Shown here piece by piece: positions 13,243 through 27,160 of a DNA stretch of 64,000 bases. This DNA comes from Octopus vulgaris (Eukaryota): NCBI GenBank assembly GCA_951406725.2, contig OX597820.1:122326001-122390000 (forward strand), written 5' to 3'. Below the pieces are notes generated by a model, which was not told the origin of the DNA, made no database searches, and worked only from the letters and a program-made list of their open reading frames with translations. Both the position numbers and the translations under genes were made by a program. The stretch's first letter is position 1. Each line of letters starts with the position of its first letter.

Positions 13243-13839
13243 TATTTTGCTTGTAAAAAGAAAAAAATTGGCTGTAAATACGACTGAAGCCACATCTGAG
13301 AAAGTGACTGCAAAGTAAACTGGCTCCAGTACAGTTCTGTAAGAGATTCCACTTAGAATAAATGAAATTTTTGAGAAGGTGCCACTGACTTTCGAAACAT
13401 CTCATGTCTGCTGTGATCATTTAGTTGATTTCATGTCATTCCATGGCTTTTGCATATTCGAATGACGGAGATGCTGTTTCCATACCTAGTCATAATACCA
13501 CAAAAGCTGTGTAACGTAGTCCCTTCCTAGATGGTTACTATATTGCATAGCAGTAAGCAAGTGATTTTCTTCTACAAAATATATCAGCTTCCACTTCTGG
13601 CCTTTCATTCTGTAACTTTGCTGAAGTGTGAAATCAAAAATACAGGCTTTTGTTGTTTTCAGCATCTGTTGTGCTTCTCCCTTTACCGATGGGGCTTTCT
13701 ATCCCATCTTTCACTGTACTGGAAGTTAACCATAAGCACAGAAGCTCTGGAAAAGGGTCAGTAAAGGATTTATCAGAGTATTCATACCCTCTCTCTCTTT
13801 CGGAGAGGCACTGAGCACCTACACGCACATATACACACA

Positions 13840-13987
13840 CGGCAGTAACTTCTGCCTACCGAATTCAGTCACAAAGCTTCGGTCGACTCAGGGCTATAGT
13901 GGAAGACACCTGCCCAAAAGTGCCAGGCAGTGGGACTGAACCCGAAACCATGTAGCTAGGAAGCAAGCTCCCTAACCACACAGCCAT
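13840..13987 (-). mobile_element. SINE family A, 5' part, diverged
   Basis: gggctatagtggaagacacctgccc...gggactgaacccgaaaccatg...aaccacacagcca. Confidence 0.75.
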
Positions 13988-14375
13988 AACCATCAGGACC
14001 TTCTGAATTGTATCTCATCTATTCTATGGTTAATATTCCATCTTTCTCAGATGAAATTCTGACCAAGAACTCATCTAGCTTATTTATTTCCATATGTTCT
14101 AGTGAGGAAATGAAAATGCTTTGGAATTGTTCTCTCAGTAATTCAGTTATCGTTTTGGAGTCAGTAAGTTACTTCCTTCCAATATGGGCCGTATCTTACA
14201 GTGCATAAAAGATGATTTGTTTTTCAAATTAGAAAATATATAAACTGAACAAAGGGCTTATTTCTAGATAATCTAAAACCACAATTTCTCTTTCTGCAGC
14301 CACCATGTATCTAATATCTTTAGCTTTACTGTTAGTTTTATATTTTTATGCTTTATTTTTAAATTTCAGATCTCT

Positions 14376-14502
<127 letters not shown>

Positions 14503-15109
14503 ATATGGAAGAGAAATGCTAAGTGGTCTGAGGATATTTAACTACAAATAGACAGCAATGAAAAAGCTCCAGGAAACTAAGAAGAGCAATATGATGTCCC
14601 CCTGTGAATTGTGACTGGCTTGAATCCATTTTTAGATTTTAAATGCCTGCTGTTCATACAGCAATGTCCATCTTTTTGAATTTTGCATAAAAAGTATGAA
14701 CCTTGATTTCCTTACAGTCACAAAAACCTACCAGGGCCTGTTCTTTATTCTTCAAAAGTGTTTTTAGCATGGCTGGCTCCAACTTATTTCACAAAGACCA
14801 CTTTAATCACTGTGTGTATAACAGTATGGTGGGTGATTGTCTGCACAATCTTTTCAGCAGTTCTTCAGGATGATTTGAACCAGTTGCAACAACAACTTAC
14901 GCACACCAGTATGTCAACACTTCTAATTGGAGTTGGTTACTGTTCCTCAAACGACCATCAACACACACAGCTCTTTTTTGATATCTCCAGAACTGCATCT
15001 TTGAAACCCCTTATATCAATGTTGGCGATTTCATTTACTTATAGTCTGATCCTGAAACCTATCACTGGCCACAAATGACTAATGGATGGATTTGAACTTA
15101 TCCCTAGTT

Positions 15110-15260
15110 GTTACCTCCCCAACAATGCGTAAATAACACGTTGGATCTGCTATTTGCCAGTGCTCCTGAATCTGTTATCAGCGTCAATACCGAGAAACAT
15201 TTAGGAAACTCCGATGCTGCTATGGTCACAGTCAATCTGTTTGGACAGAAAGAGAAACTG
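15110..15260 (+). mobile_element. CR1/L2-type LINE endonuclease fragment
   Basis: NNTLDLLFAS...HLGNSDAAMV resembles the APE C-terminal N.LDL...LG.SDH motif. Confidence 0.5.
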
Positions 15261-15664
15261 GTGCCACCACTGAACTGTACACACGTTGACCATAACAGAG
15301 CTGGCTGCAACTCTTATTGTACTGAGTGCCCAGGGTGGCCTTAAGCTTATGATTGTGAAGATATCAATGCTATCCCTCAGCACATCCTTAATTCGATCCT
15401 AACAAGCAATGTGGGAAACTGCAATAGTCTGCTGCCTTGCACCTCCACCCACCCCACCGAAAATAAAATGCTGAAGATGAACACATAGGAGACAGGATAA
15501 AAGAAGGCACAACAGATGACCATATGAAGTAGGAGATGAGAAGTCAGAATTTATATTGGAAAAGATGCAGCTAACACTGCATTTATAAACTGAACAAAGG
15601 GCTTATTTTTAGAGAATTCAAAACCATAGTTTCTCTTTCTGCAGCCATCATGTATCTAATATCT

Positions 15665-15895
15665 ATTTCTTTACTACCCACAAGGGGCTAAACAGAGAGA
15701 GGACAAACAAGGACAGACAAACAGATTAAGTCGATTATATCGACCCCCAGTGCGTAACTGGTACTTAATTTATCGACCCCGAAAGGATGAAAGGCAAAGT
15801 CGACCTCGGCGGAATTTGAACTCAGAATGTAACGGCAGACGAAATACGCCCACGCATTTCGCCCGGCGTGCTAACGATTCTGTCAGCTCGACGCC
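15665..15895 (-). mobile_element. tRNA-derived SINE, family B (GCCTTTCATCCTTTCGGGGTCGATAAA domain), 13-bp TSD
   Basis: B-box GAGTTCAAATTCC on the minus strand. Flanking direct repeat gtatctaatatct at 15652-15664 and 15896-15908. Confidence 0.88.
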
Positions 15896-17769
15896 GTATC
15901 TAATATCTAATATCACGTATCTAATATCTTTTAGCTTTACTGTTAGTTTCAGGAAATATGTGCATTTGAAACAGAGGATTCACTCTGCGGCCAGCTCCCT
16001 GCACAATCTCTACACTGTCCAGACAACCAATGATTCCAATAAGTGCATCAAGCTTATTGTCAAAATGCTGTATGCTGGCCTTTTTACAGTTGAAAATCCA
16101 AGTGCTTCATCTTTGCCAGTACTGGCATAACATCTGTGGAATTTAACTCGTATAAAGTTGCAAAACCACCTCAAGTGCCTATGCAGATTCCCCTTAGTCT
16201 TGATGTTACTATCTGTTTCTCAAATGTGGCCACCTTTTTTTTACTGCATCAGCTTTCGTTCCTTCCAGTCTTACCTTAATAACTATGTTAACTTCTGTTA
16301 TGAAAAAGTGTCAGTTATTCTTCTATTTAAGAACAGGTGACAGCCTATAACTTGCCAAATAATCAGCCAGTCTGTCTCATTGGCTGTCTCACCAAATTGA
16401 TGGAGTTCTGTGTCTGAGAGACACTTTGCAATTTCTAGAACTCTCATAACCTTAGTTGGATTTAGCCCTGACTCCAGCTGCTGTGGTCAACTGACTGAAT
16501 GCTTTGAAGGCCTCCCTCAGCAGTTCATGGGAAGATGTTATCAATCTACTAATATAAGTGCATGAGTCTAAAGTACATTAATATAAAGTTTTGATTTTCA
16601 GGGCCCAGCAACATATGTTACCATTTTTATTTACCCTTCAAGAAGTGTTTGTCCATCCACACAGACGTTCTTAGCAAATTTATGAAGTATTATAGTTGAT
16701 CTTTGGTTATCTATTTTCTTTCCTCTCTTTTTCGATGGTGGTACTGCAGGATTAAAAAAAAATTTTTTTTTGTTTATTTCCCTAATTTTGAAGTTTGTAC
16801 TTAACTTTTCTATGGTTTCACATTATGACCATGATTATTGGGACCACCACAACCACCACCATCATCATCATCGTAGTCATCATCATCATCATTATCGTCG
16901 TCGTCCTCATCGTCATTATCGTTGTCATCATCCTTATCATCGTCATCATCATCATTGTCATCGTTACTTAAATTTCTGTATGTCTGATGAAACTTATTAA
17001 TAATCTTTTGTCCTTATCTTTGTTACACAAATTTAATCATGAGAGAGTCACATGTGACAGAAAATGATGAGAGGGGAGACAAGGAGGAAGGGAACCATAT
17101 GCAGTAGACCCATACATATATATATATATATATATATACATACACCACAAGGCGTTTTCTGACACTAACAATTCTGCCAGCTCACAAAATTTAATAATGA
17201 TAATAATAATAATGATAATAGCTTCTGATTTAGGCACTCAGTCAGCTGTTTTGTAGTCGATATCATTGACTCTGCTAGACTCTGATACCGTATTCTATCA
17301 ATCCCCTTGATATGGATAGCAACAGATTCTTCTCTGGCCAAATTCACTGTGGAGATATTTTTTGTCCTTTGAGGTAGCATACTTATACAAGCTGCTCTTT
17401 GAGGAGAAAAAAGAAAAACAGGTCAAAGAAGCAATGTTTGTCCAACTTGGCAGAAAATGCATTCATCTTCAATGCTCAATTTCTACCTACTGTTATTGGA
17501 CACAGTTCACCTGCTTTGTCTATAAGTAATTGTTTTTTGAAAGAAAGAAAGTATTAGGAAACCAGACAACCTAACCAAATGCATTAGGAAAGGTTGGTGC
17601 CCTCACTGCTCCAAGTTTAAAGCATGAGGGTTCTGAGCTGCTGCTACCCCTAACAGTGTGGATAAAATGAATATCAGAAATATTCTAAAGTTGTAGCTGA
17701 TTGTCAATTATATGATTGAATCTGTAGAGATTGATAATGAGTAATTAAGGATATCTAGGAATTCAGTGA

Positions 17770-17990
17770 AGATGTGTGGCCTTGTGCTTAGAATTTTGCA
17801 CTTGTGACTGTAAGATTGTGGTTTCAGTTCTTGGACTGGGAGGTGCGTTGTGTTCTTGATCAAAGCACTTCACTTCACATTGCCCCAGTCCATTCAGCTA
17901 TAAATGGGCCACCCTGTGATGAGGGTCCTGTGTCCTGTTGAAAAGCAATATTGGGATCTTGGTTATTTATATACCATGGAAACTGGATGC
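17770..17990 (+). mobile_element. Diverged SINE family C
   Basis: gtgtggccttgtgcttag...gcgttgtgttcttgatcaaagcacttcacttcacattgccccagtccattcagct. Confidence 0.65.
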
Positions 17991-18129
17991 ATGGATTTAT
18001 GGTTTTTAGGATTTGAATCAGCAATGTCAGGTGTTAGTTTTGTGTCCCTTTAATTCATGAATACAAGTTGTGTAAAGGACCCAGTTCAGTTAATTGTAAT
18101 CTTTATCCTCAATATCTCTCTCTCTCTCT

Positions 18130-18306
18130 CTTTTACTTGTTTCAGTCATTTGACTGTAGCCATGCTGGAGCACCGCCTTTAGTCGATCAAATTGACCCCG
18201 GGACTTATTCTTTGTAAGCCCAGTACTTATTCTATCGGTCTCTTTTGCCGAACCGCCATGTGACGTAAACACAAGCAATGCTAGGGGGACAAACACAGAC
18301 ACACAA

Positions 18307-18343
<37 letters not shown>

Positions 18344-18513
18344 CACATATATACGACAGGCTTCTTTCAGTTTCCGTCTACAAGGCACTGACAAGGCATT
18401 GGTCGGCCCGGGGCTATAGCAGAAGACACTTGCCCAAGATGCCACGCAATGGGACTGAACCCGGAACCATGTGGTTGGTTAGCAAGCTACTTACCACACA
18501 GCCACTCCTGTGC
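18130..18513 (-). mobile_element. SINE family A
   Basis: Matches the 12831 copy with small internal deletions. Confidence 0.85.
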
Positions 18514-19169
18514 CTATCTGTGTCTGAACGAAAATCATTATATGTAACATATGTAATGACTGCTTCATTGATAAACTTTAGTAATACTAATTCACTGTTT
18601 GGCTTAGTTTGGTGATTGAGAGATTAATTATTTATTAGGTTATGAGTTGTGTGGCAGGATTTGGTTGGTCAACTAAAATTACCACAAAATTACAGAATTA
18701 TGGTTTCATGTAAAATTTCTAGCCGTTACCCTTGGCAACAGTTTTTTTGAAAACTCTCCTTGTTTCTTTACCTCCCTTCTCACATATATGTATAAAACAC
18801 ACACACACACACCTATATATTCTGGATGAAAATGTCTTGTGCCCCTTCATGTTTTATTGTGTAATACCTGAACAAAGCTTTCATCTTCATGTAGCATGTC
18901 CTCAGCAAATGAGTCAGGTAGATTTTAGGTAAGCAGTTTTCAAAACAAATTCCAAAGAACAGACAAGAACAAATCAGCATTGAGCTTCACCCTTTTGAGG
19001 AAGGAAAGTGGGTGATAACGGGTATCATATTTATTATCTTCCTCTGTTGGGAATTGAAACTTGCACAGCTTACTTGGCTTGCAGAGAATTTACCTCTACT
19101 ATATGGCACCTTAATGTACATACATTTATATAAATACACTTACATATTTATCTGCATAATGTACTCCTT

Positions 19170-19422
19170 ATTCCTTCGGAATTAGGAATATGCAGCCTTC
19201 GAAACATATGTCGAGAATAAAGGATATTTGTTAACTAGTCGTTCAACTCCATTCTTTCATATACTTATAATTTTAAAATAAACATACAAATTTCCGCACG
19301 AAGACACGTAGTCTATGCCCTAGGGACGTAGCTTCAACCGTGTTCTTTCTGATGTGAATTTGCTACCCAGGTATCGGTTATCTTTTGAATTATCCTTAAT
19401 AAGATAATTCATTCAACTACTC
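19170..19422 (+). mobile_element. Same repeat family as 31685-31987, opposite orientation
   Basis: GAAAC-ATAT-GTC at 19201-19212, then AATAAA. Shares gttcaactccatt and tttgctacc.aggtatcggtta with the 31.7-kb copy. Abuts (TA)n. Confidence 0.5.
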
Positions 19423-19596
19423 AAATATACATATATATATATATATATATCTATAATGAAAATATATTAGATATGATAACTCTTATGACCAGCTACATAT
19501 ATTTATGTTAACTCCATTACAAACACATTCATGCTCTGATGCTCCAATGTCCATTGTCCTCCTCACTCTCCACTCTGTCCTTCTTCCTCCTTTCAG

Positions 19597-19722
19597 CCAT
19601 GTTGGTATTTGAAGAGAAAGAGCGAGTTGCCAATGATGCAAGTCCCCAATATATCGACGGTGCCTTTAATACGTCTCGCGGCAGTGGTGGTGGTTACAGT
19701 ACTGCTGGGGGAGGTAGTCGAG
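19597..19722 (+). CDS. Ten-m: Teneurin exon: extracellular linker after TM ((A)MLVFEEKERVANDASPQYIDGAFNTSRGSGGGYSTAGGGSR)
   Basis: Polypyrimidine tract with tttcag|CC, donor CGAG|gtagga. Splicing gives AYFA-AML, resembling the AYF-x-AM seen after teneurin TMs. Phase 1-1, 126 nt. An alternative in-frame donor lies 9 nt upstream. Confidence 0.8.
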
Positions 19723-20693
19723 GTAGGAACCATATTTTATTGATTTAAATCTCATTTTCTTGATTTGCTTAGAGAAGAATTTGTTTTGCACATAACTACA
19801 TGCATACAAACAAGCACACAGACAGACAGACATTTACATGCACACGTACACACACACATATACACACACATGCACATTGTTCTAGATTGCCTGAGTAAAC
19901 AAAAGAGAGGTTTTGAGCAGAGAGTCTATGAGTTAGTGTATTCTGCTAAAAATAGCAACCAAAAATTGTCTCAGAAAATTCAAGAACACATTGACTAATA
20001 TACTCAATGGATGGTGCAATAGTCATGGATGGAATGTCTGCCTGTGATCGTAACTTTACTAGATCTTTGGTGCCATAGGGCTGAGTAAAAATTAAAAATC
20101 AGTCTTCATAGCTGTTTCCCTTTTAAATGATTAACTATGAAACTTGTTGCAGTGAGGTGTAAAAGTAATTGCTGAAACAGGTAAAGCATTGCATCCATGG
20201 AATCCTGAATGATGTGTGTTAAAAACGGCAAAGTATAAGAGAATCGAAAGTTAAGATGTACGCGATTAAAGTTATCAGCTGTTACAAAGCAGGTAGATGT
20301 GGCCAAGGTGATACTGACACGAAGTGTGGGGAAAAGTGCTGACAGTGGGAAGGGCTATGACAGGCTGAGTTCAAAAGAATATGAAATGTTTTAAGTAGGA
20401 AAATATGGATGTTGAAACAAAGAGATTGTGAAATGTTCAATGGTTCAGACGTTTATATTTTATTACAGCCTTTCAGAAGAATTTTTGAGCAAAATGAGCT
20501 GATGAGGGAAACTTTGTGTGGGTACTTGACCTACTAGAAATAACAGCTAAAGCATTCGCAAGTCACAGCTTATTGTATGGTCAGAGAGATAAATGTAGTC
20601 CTTTGATACACTAGAAGTATTGCAGGATGGGGTCATATTGGAATGTTGTTGTCCAGATATACCCTCGGTCCAAATTGACCTGGAGCTAAACAG

Positions 20694-21487
20694 TATGTGG
20701 TGGTATCAAAAAGTCCCCAGACTAGTTCTGTAGTGTGCCAACAGATGGCAGTGCATGGTTGTGTGCACAGTGAGAGCTGGCAGTGACTTTCAGTTAGGAG
20801 TGTGCCAAGTGACATCAACTGTATTTACTTTGCTAATTGTGTAATTTGCTTTCTTGTGATCACGTGTGTATGCGGTAGTCTGTGATTTTGTCATGGACTG
20901 GAACTAAGTGCCAACATGAAATTTTGTGTTGAACCTGGGAAGTCTACAACTGAGACATCGAGCATACTTCAGCAAGCTTATGGCTATAAAGTAATGGGTC
21001 GTACGCAATGTATCAAGTGGCATGGGCACTTCAAAAGTGGAAGGACATCTCTAGAAGACGATGAGTGACCTGAAAGAGCTGCTGTGAGTGTCATCTCTGG
21101 AAATGTGGTATTGGTCATAGAGAATCCGTTCCCCAGGGACAGACCATCAAGGGACCAGTTCTGTGGAGTGTGAAGAATTGGATTCTTCACTGGGTTCTTC
21201 TCACTCATGAGGTTCTCACCAAAAACAACATAGAATCACTTTTGCACCTGCCCTGTTCACCAGATTTAGCACCTGTGGGACATTGTTGTTGAGATCCCGA
21301 GTGAATTGCTGAAAGTCCTCAACATACTTACGGAAAACTACTTATAGGCCAGATTCCATAAGTGACAGGAATGCTGGGACTGCTGTGCACGGTAACTTTT
21401 TCAAACGAGATGATGTTAAAATATTGGTAAATAAGTAATCTTCTATTAAACCTAACTAGTCGAGGAACCTTTTGATAACACCTCATA
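20694..21487 (+). mobile_element. Internally deleted mariner transposon with TIRs
   Basis: TIRs TATGTGGTGGTATCAAAAAGTCCCCAGACTAGT / ACTAGTCGAGGAACCTTTTGATAACACCTCATA. ~20900-21075 encodes ELSANMKFCVEPGKSTTETSSILQQAYG...RTQCIKWHGHFKSGRTSLEDDE*, a mariner HTH. Confidence 0.85.
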
Positions 21488-21863
21488 ATAGAAGAAACAC
21501 CTGTAAAAGGTACATAGTTGCACTTGCCTGATTTATGCCAGTCACATTCTTCAATCTAACTTTGAGTGCTTAACAAGTTCAGGGCATCCAGCTGTGAAAA
21601 CAATTTGCTTCTGCTGAAATCCCCTGCTCCCCATGAAAAAGCATGGAATAATTATTGTAAAAGAATGAAAAAGATACGTGTGCAAATTTAAGTATAAATA
21701 TTTATTTATCCAAAGTTATTTCTTGATTTTTTTCTATTACTTAAATAGCTTGTGTGACTCTTATCTACTCATTAACAACATTAATTTCAGATACACAACA
21801 AAGTACAAAATAGAAATTAGTTTGCAGACTGGAACTAAAGAAAATATTTCTACTATGCTGCTT

Positions 21864-21913
<50 letters not shown>

Positions 21914-22039
21914 TGTAAACTTGATGTATGTACATAAAAATGTCTATGGCTGCAATTCTCACATTTTGCATCTGTGTGTGTGTGTATATATGCATATACA
22001 TATCTGCATGTATGTTCATATGTTTTGCATTTGTGTGCA

Positions 22040-22790
22040 TGTAAAAGGTGTAGGCAAGAAGTATCCGACTTTTGGCCCAAAATCAAGTAATATTAAAAAA
22101 CTCAGCATTTTGATTTAGTCTCCTTCAAAGTATTTGCCTTGGGAGTCTACACACTTCTGCCAGTGTTCCTACCACTTCTGGAAACATTTCTGGAAATTCC
22201 TTTTTGGGATGTTGTAGAGCTGTGCCGTTGAATTTTGCTTAACATCGCCTGTTGACTCAAATCTTCTCCCTTTGAGTGATTTTTGAGCTTTGAGAATAGC
22301 CAAAAGCCGCACAGAGCCAAGTCTGGGAAGTAGGAAGCCTAACAGGCAAGTGGTGTGTATTTTGCTTGTAGAGGAATGCTTGGACGATGTGGGTGGAATA
22401 AGTGAGTGCCTTGTCATGGTGGAGTTTCCAATCCCTTGCTGCCCACATGTTGGGTTATTTTCACTGCACAGCCTCATGAAGAGGACAAAGAACCCCCAGG
22501 TAGTATTCTTTGTTAATTGTCTGACCTTGTGGTGTATATTTATAGCACACTATCCACTGAGGTGCGACCATATTTGAACCGGTTGTAGCACTCTTTTATT
22601 GGTGTTTTTCCCATAACATCATCTCCAAAGGCCTTCTGAATCTTCTCAATAGTCTGGCCTTGCATATCACAAAGTTTTTGGCAGAATTTGATACAGTATC
22701 TTTGCTGAAATCATTTAGTCATCTTGACTCAAAAACAAAAATTGTACAGCACACTCTTCACGTCTGTACTCAACACATCACTGCGGGTGA
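22040..22790 (-). mobile_element. Mariner (DD34D) transposase remnant
   Basis: WKLHHDKA...HIVQAFL and LKGRRFEST...LYNIPKRNFQKCFQKW are C-terminal mariner motifs, frameshifted. Confidence 0.85.
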
Positions 22791-22930
22791 ATGGCACAAC
22801 CTTCAGACATAGATATTTTCATGCGTGCTCATGAAGGATGCAGCCACCTAATACCACCCATGTGGATCTTGCTCACACATTATTATTTTCTGCATAAAAC
22901 ACATTATGATCGGATACATTTTAACTACAC

Positions 22931-22970
<40 letters not shown>

Positions 22971-23009
22971 CATGCATATATATATATATATATATATATA
23001 CATACATGC

Positions 23010-23040
<31 letters not shown>

Positions 23041-23800
23041 CATGCATATATGTTTATGTGTGTGTGCTTGTGTGTATATATGTGTGTGCATGTATATATG
23101 TGTGCATGTATATATGTATATGTATGCATGTACACGTGTGTATATATATACATGTACATATATATGTATATATGTATATTTGTGTGTGTGTGTGTATAAT
23201 ACATTAAAAGTGAGTTTGAATCTTGGTGCATAATAGGAAAACACTATGGATTAAGTCTCCCCTGAAATATGAATACGAACGGAATAAAACAAATTTCACA
23301 TAAATTGAACAGGTGGTTGTTGAGATATTAGGGGTTTTTGTGGTATAATTACCCAAAACAGGGCATAATGGGAAAATATTCCGAAAATAACTTAATCCTG
23401 AAATGGAAGAAACTCTTGCCTTTCGATTAGACACAGTGACTTGACAATGAAAAAATACAATTTGCTTTTTACGGTACATGTTTCTATTTTTGCTTTTGTT
23501 AAACACAATATTTTAATAATTTAGAAATATTTTTAAGTGAATGTAATTTCAAAAATGTATGCTTTTTGTACAGTAAGTATTTATATTTTAGCTTTCTTTA
23601 ATCAGACAATATTTTAATGTTTTTTTAAATTATTTTCTAGTGAACACCATTACAAAGGTTTTTTGACATATTTAAAAAATATTTCTAAGTAAAATTGACT
23701 TTAAAAATACAGTAAATATTTTGTAAAAGACTCGCTTGTAACCTCGTGAAATAATTTTTTCCATAGGATTTTTCGAGTGCATTTAATGTATCTCAGCTCC

Positions 23801-23919
23801 AAAGATTTGGCTGCTATTTCTAGCACACCCTGCTATCACATAACAATTATTTGTGATAAAGGATCCAAGATACCTGTTATGTGATAGCAGGGTGTGTAAG
23901 AAATAGCAGCCAAATCTTT
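23801..23919. repeat. Hairpin with 45-bp arms and 29-nt loop
   Basis: aaagatttggctgctatttctagcacaccctgctatcacataaca pairs with tgttatgtgatagcagggtgtgtaagaaatagcagccaaatcttt. Confidence 0.85.
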
Positions 23920-23937
23920 CCTTTTCTGGGTTTTCTA

Positions 23938-23981
<44 letters not shown>

Positions 23982-24224
23982 GTATGCATATTTATATATG
24001 TATATGTATGCATATTTATATATATATGTATATGTATGTATATTTATATATATATGTATATGTATGTATATTTATATATATATGTATATGTATGTATATT
24101 TATATATATATGTATATGTATGTATATTTATATATATATATGTATATGTATGTATATTTATATATATATATGTGTGTATGTATATATATGTATATTTATA
24201 TATATATATGTATGTATATGTATG

Positions 24225-24255
<31 letters not shown>

Positions 24256-24268
24256 ATGTATGTATGTA

Positions 24269-24311
<43 letters not shown>

Positions 24312-24681
24312 ATTTATATATATATATGTATGTATGTATAACTTAGACGATTAGATTTGTTTCAACCAAAATGCATTGTATCCATGCATAGTGGCTTATC
24401 TGGTATTCTTTGAAGAAATTTGTCCAGATATATACCATATATATACTTATACATACATACATACATATATATATATATATGTGCATGTACACATATATAT
24501 ATGTGCATGTACACATATATATATATACATGCGTGTGCACATACATATATATGCATGTACACATACAATTATATGCATGTACACATATGTATGTATCCAT
24601 ACATATATATGTATGTATACATGCATATATATATACATATGCACACGCATGTGTATGTATATACAACACACGCACACACTC

Positions 24682-24742
<61 letters not shown>

Positions 24743-25248
24743 CATATATGCATACTAACAGAAAGACTGCCATCCAGGCAGTTTTCTGCTGGCCACTAGA
24801 TAATATTTCCACATTTGTTTCCCAAGTGTAATAATATTTATGATATTTTACATCTAATTATTTCTTTGTATAATAGTGCTCACTTGCTTAGTAAATATTG
24901 CTTTCACTATTTTATCAGTCATAATCTTTCTTTTTTAAAGAGTCAATCTGTTATATAATATATATTTATCATTAATAATTGGTAGAACTTACATTGGTGT
25001 ACATAGATAGATATAGGAGGGAGGGATACACACACAAAAGTCTGGTGGTGTGATAACACATGGAAATGATGTTTCTTCACTTTTTGAAATATACCCAAAT
25101 TTAAAATGATCTAATATAACGATATCATTCATTCATTATGTGTTAAAATATGCCAAAACAATTTAATAGCTCACAAATATATGTTACTTTACATATAATT
25201 TATGTGTTAATTCTATTTACTGATACTTGCTAAAAAGCATATTTTGCT

Positions 25249-26390
25249 TTAAAGTAGTATCTCCTTGTAGAGACAATTGTCGGTAATCACACCGTTTCCT
25301 TTTCTCTCAGCCGATATTTTTGCATTAGCCTTCTTTCGAACATAAGATAATGCAGTATACATTTGAGTATGTGAGAAGAATTGTGTTGGAAGATATTGTC
25401 CAATTTGTTTAAAAGCTGACTTCACAAGAAATTGCTTGCATGTAAATGGAAATAGAAATTCCATTTCTTGTGATACATGTTGTATTCTTGGGATTAGCTG
25501 AGTTGATCCTGCATAAAGGACCAGAAGCAACCTCAGCCTCAGTAACATGCTCTGACAATGATGTGGTGTGTGCTCTTGCAATGTCACAATCAAAATCAAA
25601 TCACAATCAAATGGAAATTGTGGTTGTGGCCAATGCCAGTGCTGCTCAATTGGCTCCCGTGCCAGCGGCATGTAAAAAGCACCCACTACACTCTCGGAGT
25701 GGTTAGTATTAGGAGGGGCATCCAGCTGTAGAAACATTGCCAGATTAGACTGGAGCCTGGTGCGGCCTCCTGGCTTGCCAGTCCCCAGTCAAACCATCCA
25801 ATTCATGCCGGCATGGTAAACGGACGTTAAATGATGATGATGAGGATACAGTAGCATCTAAGTTTCCCAGAAGCATCATGCATCGTTTTTCTTTCAGTTT
25901 GAGAATGTGTGGTGGAAACCCTGATGGTGTGAGTTTGTTGATGAACTCGATTGGGTCATTATCAACTGCATCTGAGCTTCTGTATGTTTTTAGCTCCCCA
26001 GGCATCCTGGTCAATAGAAAATCATTCACAAATTCTGCTGCTTCATTTGTTGGAGTAACGATGGTTCTATTTGCAAGCCACACAGGGTTTGTGAAGTTAG
26101 GTCAGCATATACAAAATCACATTGATCTGAAAGAGTACCACTTTCAAGGCGAGAGTCATTGGGTAGTTTGGCTTCGAATGCACCTAGGCTTTGTTCAACA
26201 GACAGATTTCCATTTTCTACATCAAGAAGGCAATTAGCAAACTCTCTTTCATCAGAATGACCTTCTGTAAGAAGTCTTAGATTGGTTGTCAACTCCACTA
26301 CTTCCACATGGTTGCAAAGAAAAGATCTCTTTAAGTGTTGCATCAACAATTTGTGATCTGACACCATTGTTTTGAAGTAGAATATTCTCC
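25249..26390 (-). mobile_element. Helitron remnant (PIF1-family helicase pseudogene), split by a SINE
   Basis: Translations LTTNLRL...EFANCLLDVENG, RTIVTPTNEAAEFVND...PIEFINKLTPSGFPPHILKLK...MLLGNLD and LIPRI...FPFTCKQFLVKSAF...FFSHTQMYTALS match Helitron helicase motifs (ILAPTN, SGLPPH.L.LK, FSHGQLYVALSR). Frameshifted. Confidence 0.88.
25588..25845 (+). mobile_element. Retroposon family D inserted in Helitron remnant
   Basis: cacccactacactctcggagtggtt...ggcatccagctgtagaaac...ggacgttaaatgatgatgatg. Confidence 0.8.
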
Positions 26391-26404
26391 TCTTATATAT
26401 ATAC

Positions 26405-26455
<51 letters not shown>

Positions 26456-26681
26456 CATACACACACACACATATATACATATAGTGTGAATTTACAAAAA
26501 AACAAAAGACGATGATGGGTGTGTAAACAACAAACAGGTGTATTAGTTTAACACTCAGGAAGTGAGAAAGTATTTTACACATTTTGAGCCTATGGTCTTC
26601 GACAGAAAGGAACACAGAAATGAACAGGGAGAGAAAATAGAAAAATGTGTAGGGGCTAGTGATATATATTTATATACATAC

Positions 26682-26712
<31 letters not shown>

Positions 26713-26719
<7 letters not shown>

Positions 26720-27017
26720 ATCACGTTACCGACCAGACCATCAGAATGTTGTTACACATCGCTGGTTACAATGCACTTCGCATTGTTTTAGCCTTCGAAT
26801 GACGCCACCCCGCAGGCTAAGTGAGCAGGCCAACAGAAGAAAGAGTGAAAGAAAGAGTGGTGAAAGAGTACAGCAGGGATTACCACCCCCTACCCGAGCC
26901 TCATGGAGCTTTAAGGTGTTTTCGCTCAATAAACACTCACAACGCCCGGTATGGGAATCGAAACTGTGATCCTACGACTGTGAGTCCGCTGCCCTAACCA
27001 GTCGGCCATTGTGCCTC

Positions 27018-27018
<1 letters not shown>
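26713..27018 (-). mobile_element. SINE family C-related, different 3' half (3' fragments also at ~58915-59025 and ~61075-61150)
   Basis: Minus-strand tRNA head GGAGGCACAATGGCCGACTGGTTAGGGCAGC...TTCGATTCCC. Embedded in (TA)n. Confidence 0.78.
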
Positions 27019-27057
<39 letters not shown>

Positions 27058-27065
27058 CATATATA

Positions 27066-27112
<47 letters not shown>

Positions 27113-27122
27113 CACATATATA

Positions 27123-27160
<38 letters not shown>

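Noticed and set aside
26480-26625. Further hammerhead-like trace on the minus strand (tcGAAGAccataggctcaaaa)
   Set aside because: Core too degenerate (no intact CUGA or GAAA) to support a ribozyme call.
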